Notes under the pieces: generated by a model | What the model saw: the letters and a program-made list of their open reading frames with translations, nothing else | Told to the model about the DNA's origin: nothing | Databases searched by the model: none | Program-made: the position numbers and the translations under genes | Virus record (IMG/VR): IMGVR_UViG_3300025652_000032 | Span: 32,001 to 96,000 of that record | Origin: a virus | DNA length: 64,000 nucleotides | Reading direction: 5' to 3' (one strand) | Shown: one piece after another, positions 49,301 through 58,173 of the stretch | How positions within the stretch are numbered: the first letter of the stretch is position 1 | Layout: every line of letters starts with the position of its first letter

Positions 49301-49346
49301 TTCCATCTGCGGATGCTGTTTGTAATTTGAATGCACTATATGCCAC
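46320..49346 (-). CDS. Tail fibre protein with tail-collar domain
   Basis: PAGVIAPYAG...PDGWSLCDG, PDLRGR, GGEEIHQLTVQELPVHTH, HNNMQPYGVVNYIIK, GIGxxAPGASLDV repeats. Confidence 0.85.
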   Translation of the reverse strand: MAYSAFKLQTASADGKSIRNNITQATHGFVAGSVVRWDTATSGFTGAQANSAVNAEVSGVVEKVISTSQFTLVYQGEIDLSSMANMDDESKVVYFLSDTTAGELIESPPTAGGTVIKPMLTRTEQGKGLVTNYIGTLIGGEATVSLEGIQPAGVIAPYAGTQSDVPDGWSLCDGDSLVTSSYPELFSRIGQRYGFVQRIRIGRRDGIGVDLSAYSVVGGRVSSSFIYDSIGGDLGESVTVTGTIRAWDDSQNILTVEVDHLTKQIQGAGGTVLIPHEPVLRFPALEDTDSTGVEHASLSIISANNINIGSDISTVFYAASQEVTEFNKPDLRGRTIIGTRAGSTNTLYDYNLGQEGGEEIHQLTVQELPVHTHAISDTSSLNIEANLAMNIGDILIAGTGQVNSTGLRVPQHIHVVGHSLSSSNDDSQFFTPQYGQTDGIFVGRPNTPSGVIDNYVVCGECGSGNQRNMARTRFSGEDRSGYRFTSSVPIPNAPIQDLFSNGNETPLNSDIGELDIIGNASFSAGSLNLQTEDGTGSIPIEGSITSSFDNLGLDNTGESISHNNMQPYGVVNYIIKLTSAAKASLINGLDVALTAGELTNVYDTGVSDGDILIYDTDSDDGYYDYKPLIRDLRPNSGEDLIFAASQSTLDVTGTERMRLGTGGHLGINNADPQSRLHIGGTAGGDSEGIRLDGITAQVRIYEDTTTQNFMRIKGVSGEGFVFTGNDNLPVLTVGTSMGASADHMVGIGTTAPGASLDVRGSFKSVSVEVTNNGTNGYTLPAGRPVAGTTATVALVNDSASGTTFHGVTFSQWQTSAPDIAYMDGDVGIGIAAPGASLDVSGSLKSHGITATSTGISFGGTGSFEGRLAIGSGCMDTDASVASNLYVYGSDTKIVCHGTGDPVVEIRSLGNKTGAVRFHNSAGDVDEGQIKYEHSTNKMSFTTDGIERASIDNLGRFRLGSDEGSGGTGPLVPASSSASGNTGDIAWSTTHLYVCVEGDTWKRVALSTF

Positions 49347-49368
49347 TTGGTATTATCTCCGTGTTATA

Positions 49369-52300
49369 CTATTTAGTAATATCATTCTTGAGTTCTGCAT
49401 CGAATTCGTATTCAGCAAGGTATGCTCGATCTCCAATACCATTCGAGATAGTTCCACTGAATTGTCTAGAAGGCATAAAACCCCTCTTTGTCAGGACTTG
49501 AGTACCACCATAGGCGAATGTCATGTCATCAACACTGGCGGAACCGAATCCGTTATCCTCGCCGCCGAACAGGATTTCGGTTGCTTTGACACAAGTTGGG
49601 TTGATTCTCATTGGAACAGGGAAACTTGTATATGTTCCGTATGTACCGGCAGCAGATCCATTGGAATTGAATTCGGAACCGATCGCTCCATTCCATCCAC
49701 CCTGTGCAATCTGATAATACTTCTGACATGCTTCGAGATCGATTTCAGAAATTGGTGTCTGGAAGTTGGTTGCTTGCTGTCCGTGTTCTACCTGAACCTG
49801 TGCGAGTGATAAGATACCATCATATGTCAGTCCGGTGGCAAATCCTGCGAGCGTTGCTCCATTTGAATCTGTAAACGATGCATTATTGTCATTCGAGAAC
49901 GTAGTCCATCGAACATCAAGGAAGGATGAATCACCCAACGTGGTTCCTTGTGGGAATGCTGGAAGTGAAACAGTATGAACATACTTGTTCCAATCCGTAC
50001 TCACCGAAATATCATCCACATGAATCGTGTGTGCGTCTGCACTGTTTCCGAGTGCTTGATAATCCTGCGAAACCGACAGTCGGACTGTATCCCCGACCGT
50101 TCCCTTAGCAAAGTAACTAATGGTTATATCTTTGTTTGCAAATCTACGGACGTTTTCAATTCTTTGTCCAACGGAAACAGTAGACTTGTTTGAATTTCCG
50201 TAGTTTGCATCTATCTTTCCTTGGAAGTTTAGATAGTGTTTTGGATATCCCGGAACTGTGGTTTGTGAGTGATTAAATGTTCCTTGAGACATTCCACCAA
50301 TAATATTAGAAGAAGATCCCGATGATGTTAAATCTGGAATTACTTCTGCATTAAATCTATCTGCATGGAATGTATCATACTTAGATCCGTCAGATAAGAA
50401 GTCCGTGCTTAAAGTTGTTGGAGCAGTACCTCTCTGCCAGTGATCGAAGTTACTGTTGATGATGAGGTTTCTTCCCTGTCGTCCAACAACAGGAGGAAGA
50501 ACTTGACCTGGATCATCGATGAAGTATCCGAGGACTTCGACTTGCAAACTAATCACTGAAGTATATGATGGTACACCATTGTCAGTATTATGTGGGTTTC
50601 CGAAGGAGACCGCCAATTGTCCGTTTGGATTTGAATTTTCAATTGGGATAATCTTTGTAAAGGTTTGTCCTTCTACATTAAAATCGGCCATACCCGCATC
50701 ACGAACTGACATGGTTGATACGTTATCAGTCGTTTCAAAATTGTTTGGGAAGTTTGCGTTGGGTACACCACAATAAATTTCTTCTTGACGACCAGCACCT
50801 CTGTGCTTGGCATTAACTTTCACCATCATGTGCGTAGCATTTGTCGGTGGTGTTATCTTTGTGAAGTAGTCGCTGATGCTTGTCCATGCGGCCGTATTGT
50901 TTGTGTATGAGTATGCAACTCGGTTCGCTTCCGCTGCGTTATCGCTAGATTCTGTTGATTGACTGAAGAACAATCTGAATTTTTCATATCCCGTGATATT
51001 TGAATCATACGGAGATGGATTTGTTCCTGATGCTCGGAATGGCAGAGGAGCAGTTTGTGTTGCCTGTTTAATCATCACCTTAGTGGTTCTTTGTCCCTCG
51101 GTTGGGAAGAACGTCTTACCAGTTAAGACTGCGGGTTCGACCCCATCATCGTTACTACCTCCACCAGTTGGAGGTGCAACATTTTCGGTAATTCGTCTAC
51201 CGACATAACTGAGAACCAAACCCTTTGAAGGACTGGTGGCAATGAACATCGGTTTCTTAACCATGTTAATTGTTCTTGGATATTCAAGTCCCAGACTACT
51301 GTTTGAACTTCCAGCAGTATTTGGTGTCAGGAAGTAAACCCGTCCAGTTTCGAAGGGGGTTCGATCAACCGAAGTCATATCAATGTCAATCCAACCGGAG
51401 TTCGTTATGTAGAATGCATCAGATGAACCAGATGCGGGTGTAACAACCTCGCTGATAATTCCCTGAGTTTCTGCACTTACTTCAGTGTTTGCCTGTGCTT
51501 TTTGATAAGTACCAAATGGTTGTGCTGAGTTTGTTGTTCCAGCATCAAACCTCACGACATCACCAATAGTTAATCCGTGATTCTCTTGGTTGACTAGGAG
51601 TCTGTTTCCTTGTGCAACCACACCAGTCTCAATCGACTCTGCGATCTCACCACCGATGTAACTCACAACGAATCCTGTGTCACCAGTGATACCAATCATC
51701 ATTGGTTTTCTTACGAAACCAACCTGAGAATCTACTGGTGCATTTTGTGAAAGCATACCCGTGCTACCAGATGATAGGAAGTATGCTTTACCAATTTCTA
51801 AGGTAAACCCAGCAGTAACATTATCAATAATGTTGCTGAAGTCTCCTTTGACTTCACCTTGGAAAGTAATATCGAATGTTGTGTCGTTAATAACCTCAGA
51901 AACAATACCAACTGCTTCTGCTTGTTCTTTATTTGCGGCGAATGCAGCAGTAAACCCATTTGCAGTAGGTCTTACCGGCATACCAAAAGAAAGGCCGTGT
52001 GCGGATGATGTAACTACTCTCTTCTTGTTTATTCCGTGATGGAAGTTGGCAAAACCATCTTCTGAAATTTCTGCAACTTCGACTGGTGTTGACAATGTTG
52101 TATTGTCGTAACGAAGAGTTACGCTTCTGTGGTCTCTTGTTACACCACCTGCGGTAGTGTATCCGGGATTGGCAGTGAATCCCATAAGTAACGATTCGCA
52201 AGATGATCCGCCAGCAAAGTGAATATTACCGGCGGTTCCTGTTACAAGACCCCATCCATCACCGAACTGAATGTTCGCGTTTGTTGTCCATGCTCCAGTC

Positions 52301-52749
52301 TTACCACAGACACCAATCTGTTGTGGTTTCCACAACCAACCAGCACTCGGTCCATCTGTTCTAGCAATTACAATACCACCACCACCAGATGCCAAGATTC
52401 CGCTGTCTCCACAGACACCGTTCAATCCATCTTCGTTTGTTCCACCCAGAATTAAGTTATAGTCTGCAACCGTTACGTTTGTTGAATGTAAGGTTGTCAT
52501 TTGACCTAAGACAGTTACATCAGAACCAAACGTAACACCCTTAAGAACATGACCAGAGTGTTCAATTTGAAATTCACCGGCAGTGTTAACACCGACAGAA
52601 ATACCATCACCAGAGATTCCGGTGTATAGTTTTAGTCTGTTGAGTTTATCGATGATATCTTCATTGGTGATTCGTCTCCACTCTTGGAAGGTATCACCCA
52701 GAGAAACATCTGCAATTTCGTATGTATTAAACTGTGGTCCGGTAGACAT
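49369..52749 (-). CDS. Tail fibre / baseplate-attached structural protein
   Basis: gp9/10-like N-terminus (DTFQEWRRITN), two HGLxxG...AxAN...A.G repeats, C-terminal RNLIINSNF..WQRG domain. Confidence 0.75.
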   Translation of the reverse strand: MSTGPQFNTYEIADVSLGDTFQEWRRITNEDIIDKLNRLKLYTGISGDGISVGVNTAGEFQIEHSGHVLKGVTFGSDVTVLGQMTTLHSTNVTVADYNLILGGTNEDGLNGVCGDSGILASGGGGIVIARTDGPSAGWLWKPQQIGVCGKTGAWTTNANIQFGDGWGLVTGTAGNIHFAGGSSCESLLMGFTANPGYTTAGGVTRDHRSVTLRYDNTTLSTPVEVAEISEDGFANFHHGINKKRVVTSSAHGLSFGMPVRPTANGFTAAFAANKEQAEAVGIVSEVINDTTFDITFQGEVKGDFSNIIDNVTAGFTLEIGKAYFLSSGSTGMLSQNAPVDSQVGFVRKPMMIGITGDTGFVVSYIGGEIAESIETGVVAQGNRLLVNQENHGLTIGDVVRFDAGTTNSAQPFGTYQKAQANTEVSAETQGIISEVVTPASGSSDAFYITNSGWIDIDMTSVDRTPFETGRVYFLTPNTAGSSNSSLGLEYPRTINMVKKPMFIATSPSKGLVLSYVGRRITENVAPPTGGGSNDDGVEPAVLTGKTFFPTEGQRTTKVMIKQATQTAPLPFRASGTNPSPYDSNITGYEKFRLFFSQSTESSDNAAEANRVAYSYTNNTAAWTSISDYFTKITPPTNATHMMVKVNAKHRGAGRQEEIYCGVPNANFPNNFETTDNVSTMSVRDAGMADFNVEGQTFTKIIPIENSNPNGQLAVSFGNPHNTDNGVPSYTSVISLQVEVLGYFIDDPGQVLPPVVGRQGRNLIINSNFDHWQRGTAPTTLSTDFLSDGSKYDTFHADRFNAEVIPDLTSSGSSSNIIGGMSQGTFNHSQTTVPGYPKHYLNFQGKIDANYGNSNKSTVSVGQRIENVRRFANKDITISYFAKGTVGDTVRLSVSQDYQALGNSADAHTIHVDDISVSTDWNKYVHTVSLPAFPQGTTLGDSSFLDVRWTTFSNDNNASFTDSNGATLAGFATGLTYDGILSLAQVQVEHGQQATNFQTPISEIDLEACQKYYQIAQGGWNGAIGSEFNSNGSAAGTYGTYTSFPVPMRINPTCVKATEILFGGEDNGFGSASVDDMTFAYGGTQVLTKRGFMPSRQFSGTISNGIGDRAYLAEYEFDAELKNDITK
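49370..49376 (-). promoter_or_regulatory. Late-promoter-like element CTAAATA
   Basis: ACTAAATAG across the last codons and stop of the upstream gene. Confidence 0.55.
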
Positions 52750-52752
52750 CTA

Positions 52753-52941
52753 TTATTTTTCCTCTTTGATTAAATCGCAGATCATTGTCTTAAGATTTTC
52801 TATCTCTTGCCTTAGATTATGTATGTCATTTATCTGATCTCTTTTTTTGAGATCGTCTTTTAATTTTTTCTTGTTGACCAAGATCAAAGCACCAGTTTCC
52901 AAATCTCTCTCATAATTTTTGTTATCCGTTTTTGCCCTCAT
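52753..52941 (-). CDS. Small conserved T4-like hypothetical protein
   Basis: RDLETGALILVN plus coiled-coil; typically follows DUF4815 genes. Confidence 0.65.
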   Translation of the reverse strand: MRAKTDNKNYERDLETGALILVNKKKLKDDLKKRDQINDIHNLRQEIENLKTMICDLIKEEK

Positions 52942-55900
52942 ATCATTGCCACCACTCGAAGATCCTTGATCTGTGGGACAAGACTGCTGTCGGCAGAGAA
53001 CATCAATACCTTAACTTGTAAAGTGGTGAACGACTCTGGAGTTCTTCCTAATTTGAAACTGGTTTCTGCGAACTCAAACGGATTGTCTGTTTCTAATACA
53101 GGTTCTACTTGCTCAAGTCTATAGAATGGTTCTTCTTCGATTTCTTTATATGTCGAGGGAGGAAGAGTCCTACAGTAAACTTCAATTGATGTTCCAGTAG
53201 GTCGGTTCATATCCAACAACACACGAATATCGTCACCAAACTCTTGGAGTTTGATTGATCGAGTTAGATACCTAGCAACCGCACCATCTGTTCTAATTGG
53301 ATCATTATAGTCTGGGGTAGGAGATCCCGCGTTGTTAACTACATTCTCTACCGTGACAACGGAAAGATTCTTCGTGTCAATAACTGGAGTGATCGTTGTA
53401 GAAGATGGATTTGTAAATTCTACAGTGTGTGTCGTCTTCTCTTGTTCTGATGGTGTTGCAGAAATAACTTGGTTTGTTGAGAAGGTATAGTTTTGGTTTT
53501 GTGGTAACTGGAATATCGTTTGAGAAGTTCCGAAGTTTAATTTGTGAACAATTGATGTGCTTGGTAAAATTAATTCGTTAGAAAGAATCTTGGCAAGGTT
53601 TACATTTGTAGTAACTCCCGGATCTGTAATATTAACTTGTAGATTTCCGGGTGCAGTGGTAAACAAACACCTTTTAATATCACACATAAAGACAGTACCC
53701 GAATCTTCCTCTGCGACATTCGTATTCTGTGGTAAAAAGATACTACCCACGTTTGGATGCTTAGTAATTACATTGCCAGTAAGTGAATCTTCTAATCCAA
53801 CATTACCCGTGTATAATTTGTAGTCATCTGTATTAGAAATTACACTTAATGAGTAGTTACCCGGTTGAAGATATACTGGTGATGTAAACTTAAAATTAGT
53901 TGCTGTAGGAAGGTCTGTATTTGCAGTGACTTCACTTGGGTATAAGGTAACTTCCGAGAACGGTATGATCGAAGATGCAGATGGATAACCACTCACCGTC
54001 GGCCGAATCTGAATTGTTACAGGAAGAGTTTCAGACTTTTGTGCAAAGTAAAGATCAATATCATTCAAGAATACGCCGTTAGCATGTGTATTGGATGACA
54101 CCGAAAAGATTTGCGATAGAGGATCTACCCATTGAGTTTCAAGTGAAAGATTCAATGAGTCCTCTCTAGTGTATACGTCCCGAACAATTTTCTCGCTTGT
54201 TACCGTTTGTCGTCGAAGTACGAGAGGACGAGTAGAACTGAATGTAGTATCATTCGTATTCTGGACACCTTGTGCATAGAAGATTCCTTCTGCTGAAGTT
54301 TCTGCATCGGCGGCAGTATTTGTTGATGAGTCTGTTAGTCTAAAGACCTTCTCACCAGTCAGATACTTTTTCGCTGGAATAGAAAATTTCAGGTTAGAGA
54401 TTCGACCAAAAGAATCTGTTTGGATCACATCACCCAGAGAACCACCATCGGGTGTACAGAATTGACCAACATCATCTCCATCAAAGAATGGTACTACGAT
54501 AGTGTTTGGTTTTAAGTTTTCTGATTTGATAGTCACAGTTTGTGATCTGATGAATGGAACAACACTCACATCAATGACCTTATCATTGACTCTCTTCTTT
54601 AGAGTATCGGGAACATTACCTAGTCTAATGTTCAGTCTAGATTTTCTCTGATCAATTGTGTTTGCAACATTTGATACAGAAGATACATTTTTCTCGATTC
54701 GTGATGCAATAAAGATGTCGGAGTTCTGGACTCTTGCTTGTTCGAGGAATCTTTCACCAACGACATTCTGAAGATTATCTTCGATGTTTTCGATTCCGGA
54801 CCAAATACTAGACCATTCGTTCCATTGGGTTCCGAACCCTCTGTTATCATTGAAGTTGTTTACCTTCCAGTTGTCATTAGAACCAAGATCATTGATCTTG
54901 ACTACAGGACGAACCGAAGTAGCAAACCACTGATCTGACGGGGGATCTAATTCTAATCGACCAATCCAGTTTATCAAATCAAACGGGTTGACGGAAACTG
55001 AACCGTTACTAAGAGGTTGTGAAACCAAAGACTGAGTTCCGGTGATCTTTGAGTGAATGAGTCCATCCGATGATGCTTCTAGGTTATCACCAATCACAAG
55101 TGTAGTTGTATCTAATGCGTGACTTGTTTCATTAAACGGAGGCCTAAGTGTTGAGTTTTCATAATCGATAGAACATGCATAGTTAGAGTTTGATACATCA
55201 CCCAATCCGTGTCCTGCAAAAGTATCAACAACGATTCCGACTTTACTTCCGACACCACCACCGTTACTCTTTTCAATGTCCATCGCTTCAATTTCATTTT
55301 CAATAAGAGATAGTTTGGTGTACAGTTCAAGATCATCGACTCTCTTTTCGACCCTACCAATGTCTGACATTGTGTATCGATTGTTTTCGATGTACTTAAC
55401 TGCAACATCAGATGCATTGTGTGTGTATGGTGGTAGAGCAACAGTATACAGAGTCATAGAATCTGGTCTATCTGCCGGTGCTACTGGTTTGAGATCAGGA
55501 ACACCTTCGATAACCTCAAAATTGATGTCATCACCAAATGATTGTCTTGCTACGATCTTATCAATTCTAGATTCGTAGTATGTGTGTGATTGTTCGATAC
55601 TGATAATATTGTCAGATGGAATTACATGTCCACGAATTTCTTCGCCAACAGGTCCACTGTGTCTGAAGTCGATACAACTTGCTAGTGAAGTTGTTTTACC
55701 TAAACTTGAACTTGCAAACAATGGGATGTTGTCATATGTAATTCCTGCGTATGACTCGACTGTAAATGGTCCAATTGATCCGCTATGTTCGAAGTAATCA
55801 TATGTCACCCCGAATGGAGTATCTAATGTTGATGAACCCGTTTCTGGATCTGTTGTGACATATTTACTAAACTTCTCTGGTTTGATATATAATCTTCCGT

Positions 55901-58160
55901 TGAGGTATCGCGTATCTCGTTGCCCATCATCGAACAAGAAGTCACCCGGTTCACCACCACTAATTTCTGTCATCTGATAAGCATCAAACTTATCAAGATT
56001 GAAGTACCAGACAGGTTCTTGATCTGGTCGACCGTCGTTTTCGTTTAAAAGATTTGTTGTAGTAAATTCCTGATGGTTTTTTGTCAGGGTTTTACTTCTG
56101 ATTGTGGGTGCAGTGATGACTGCATCCGATGCTCCCTTATCTTGTGCAACAATTGGGGCAACTAGAATATATTCGTTTCCTTCTTCCGCGCCTGGTATAG
56201 TAACTGTCAAAGTTTTGCCATCAGGTGATCGTGTATATACTGGTGCTTGAGAATTGTTGTTATAGTAAGTATCCACTACCTGTAGTGATGCCTCACCTTC
56301 CGGAATTGCGAATAGAACATAATCATTCTCGTTTGTAATAATTTCATCACCAGACTCATTGAAGAATTGGTGAACTCCAGTAGGATCTGTTGCGACACTA
56401 AGATTCCAAATTGCGACACCAGAACTATCGACAACAATCTTGTTAAATCTTTTGTACACATATCGAAGTTGATCTATTGACTTGACAATTTTTCCTTGGG
56501 GAACTTCAAATACGAGACCAGAGTTTGGAATATCCCGCAGTGTTTGATTTGCATTGCTTGTATTACTAAGATCCGGAATCAATCGAAGAACAGGATTATC
56601 ATCTGTTCCAATATTGTCGCTACTTTGAACAGAAAGCGGTGTCATGTAAGTTGCAGTTCCAATGTTACCCAGTCCCTCGAAAGAATCGACGTATAATCTA
56701 TAAATGTAATTTGGATCTACAGATCCACCTCGATTATTTTGTGGTAGGTTAATAGAGTTAAGGATCTCTGGATCATGCTCTCTTTCAAAATTATGAATCG
56801 TGGCGGTTCCAAGTGGAGCGCCATTGTTATCCCAGAGTCGAACCGAAACTGCGCCAGTTATGATGTTGTTTCCTGCTTCACTAATCAGACTGTTAAAGAA
56901 TCCTCTATCACCCGACCAATCATTAGAACCTGTGTCTGGTGAGGGTGATGCACCATTCTCATCAATTTCAACACCAACATAGAAGTTTCCAACTTTTGCA
57001 CCCGGCAGTTTTGTTAAAGTTGAACTTGCAGTTGTTCGTGCTTTATTAATGTTAATGAACTGAGGTGATTGGGTTTCGTATTCGTATCCGTAGAGATATG
57101 CCTTGCCTGGTTGTAATACAGAAACAAGTTTGGTGGAGTCACCACCTCGATCTGATGTGTATACACCACGGTTAGTTCCGCTATTCAGGTGTTCTCGTAA
57201 ATCAATCTCAAATGGTCGTACAGTATATGATCCAGACTCATCGTATGTTCGTCTTGCGAGAGTCTTCTCCAACTCTGCATAGTCTGTATATAAAGTCTTG
57301 AAGATTACACTACCTTCATCGAAACGAACAAGTTCGATAAAGTTCTTTGTAGTTGCAATGTTAGACACGAAACCGAGATTCAAATCAATCTTGTATCGAT
57401 CTGCACCCGGAGCGTTGTAGTTGTATGATCCAGAAGCAGGATCTCTTAATGTGGCATCATCCCCTTCTGTTGCAACACTTCTACGAACACTGAATCCAAC
57501 ACTTCCGCTTGGTTGATCGAAGAATCTAACTCCATCACCAGTGAAACCATAAATGGAGGATGATTGCTTGTCTGTCTTCACAAAGAAACCATCAGTGTAG
57601 AAAATACCGGGACTCGTTGTGATTACCTTAGATCTTCCCTGAACACCATTAACCACAGTCGCGTCGGTCGATTCGGTAGCAAGAGATGCAATTTCTCCTG
57701 CTGCTGTTCCTCCTGTATATGAAGAAGCAAACGTACCACCGGGTTGGAAGGTATTTCCTTGGAGGAAGTTGACATACAGAAGATCGTAGTTATCAACTGT
57801 GGATGTCGCAGTCCGTTCAAAGTGAACTACTCTGGCACTAACATTTTCTGTTGTACCACCGTCAGTCTTGATCTGACTGATATCATATCCACCAATTTGA
57901 TCTAGACTGGCACCCTTAACGACTCGGATATAAGAGCAGTTCTGTACGGACTGATCACCACCGATGATCTTTGCTCCATCTTCGAAGATGTGATCACCCA
58001 TTCTAGAAACTTGGTTCTGGAGGATGCTCTGGAGTTGGGTTAGTTCTCTTGCTTGAACTGCATATCCAGGTCTAAAGAGGACTCTAAGAAACTTCTTGTC
58101 TTCGTCGTAGTCGTCATAGTATGGATCTATGTTCAGTAATGTCGGATCGTATGATGCCAT
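52938..58160 (-). CDS. DUF4815-family large virion structural protein
   Basis: DPYYDDYDEDKKFLRVLFRPGYAVQARELTQLQSILQNQ, APGADRYKI, RRTYDESGSY, GIVVDTF, DPLSQIF. Confidence 0.9.
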   Translation of the reverse strand: MASYDPTLLNIDPYYDDYDEDKKFLRVLFRPGYAVQARELTQLQSILQNQVSRMGDHIFEDGAKIIGGDQSVQNCSYIRVVKGASLDQIGGYDISQIKTDGGTTENVSARVVHFERTATSTVDNYDLLYVNFLQGNTFQPGGTFASSYTGGTAAGEIASLATESTDATVVNGVQGRSKVITTSPGIFYTDGFFVKTDKQSSSIYGFTGDGVRFFDQPSGSVGFSVRRSVATEGDDATLRDPASGSYNYNAPGADRYKIDLNLGFVSNIATTKNFIELVRFDEGSVIFKTLYTDYAELEKTLARRTYDESGSYTVRPFEIDLREHLNSGTNRGVYTSDRGGDSTKLVSVLQPGKAYLYGYEYETQSPQFININKARTTASSTLTKLPGAKVGNFYVGVEIDENGASPSPDTGSNDWSGDRGFFNSLISEAGNNIITGAVSVRLWDNNGAPLGTATIHNFEREHDPEILNSINLPQNNRGGSVDPNYIYRLYVDSFEGLGNIGTATYMTPLSVQSSDNIGTDDNPVLRLIPDLSNTSNANQTLRDIPNSGLVFEVPQGKIVKSIDQLRYVYKRFNKIVVDSSGVAIWNLSVATDPTGVHQFFNESGDEIITNENDYVLFAIPEGEASLQVVDTYYNNNSQAPVYTRSPDGKTLTVTIPGAEEGNEYILVAPIVAQDKGASDAVITAPTIRSKTLTKNHQEFTTTNLLNENDGRPDQEPVWYFNLDKFDAYQMTEISGGEPGDFLFDDGQRDTRYLNGRLYIKPEKFSKYVTTDPETGSSTLDTPFGVTYDYFEHSGSIGPFTVESYAGITYDNIPLFASSSLGKTTSLASCIDFRHSGPVGEEIRGHVIPSDNIISIEQSHTYYESRIDKIVARQSFGDDINFEVIEGVPDLKPVAPADRPDSMTLYTVALPPYTHNASDVAVKYIENNRYTMSDIGRVEKRVDDLELYTKLSLIENEIEAMDIEKSNGGGVGSKVGIVVDTFAGHGLGDVSNSNYACSIDYENSTLRPPFNETSHALDTTTLVIGDNLEASSDGLIHSKITGTQSLVSQPLSNGSVSVNPFDLINWIGRLELDPPSDQWFATSVRPVVKINDLGSNDNWKVNNFNDNRGFGTQWNEWSSIWSGIENIEDNLQNVVGERFLEQARVQNSDIFIASRIEKNVSSVSNVANTIDQRKSRLNIRLGNVPDTLKKRVNDKVIDVSVVPFIRSQTVTIKSENLKPNTIVVPFFDGDDVGQFCTPDGGSLGDVIQTDSFGRISNLKFSIPAKKYLTGEKVFRLTDSSTNTAADAETSAEGIFYAQGVQNTNDTTFSSTRPLVLRRQTVTSEKIVRDVYTREDSLNLSLETQWVDPLSQIFSVSSNTHANGVFLNDIDLYFAQKSETLPVTIQIRPTVSGYPSASSIIPFSEVTLYPSEVTANTDLPTATNFKFTSPVYLQPGNYSLSVISNTDDYKLYTGNVGLEDSLTGNVITKHPNVGSIFLPQNTNVAEEDSGTVFMCDIKRCLFTTAPGNLQVNITDPGVTTNVNLAKILSNELILPSTSIVHKLNFGTSQTIFQLPQNQNYTFSTNQVISATPSEQEKTTHTVEFTNPSSTTITPVIDTKNLSVVTVENVVNNAGSPTPDYNDPIRTDGAVARYLTRSIKLQEFGDDIRVLLDMNRPTGTSIEVYCRTLPPSTYKEIEEEPFYRLEQVEPVLETDNPFEFAETSFKLGRTPESFTTLQVKVLMFSADSSLVPQIKDLRVVAMI

Positions 58161-58173
58161 TTATTTGTCCACC

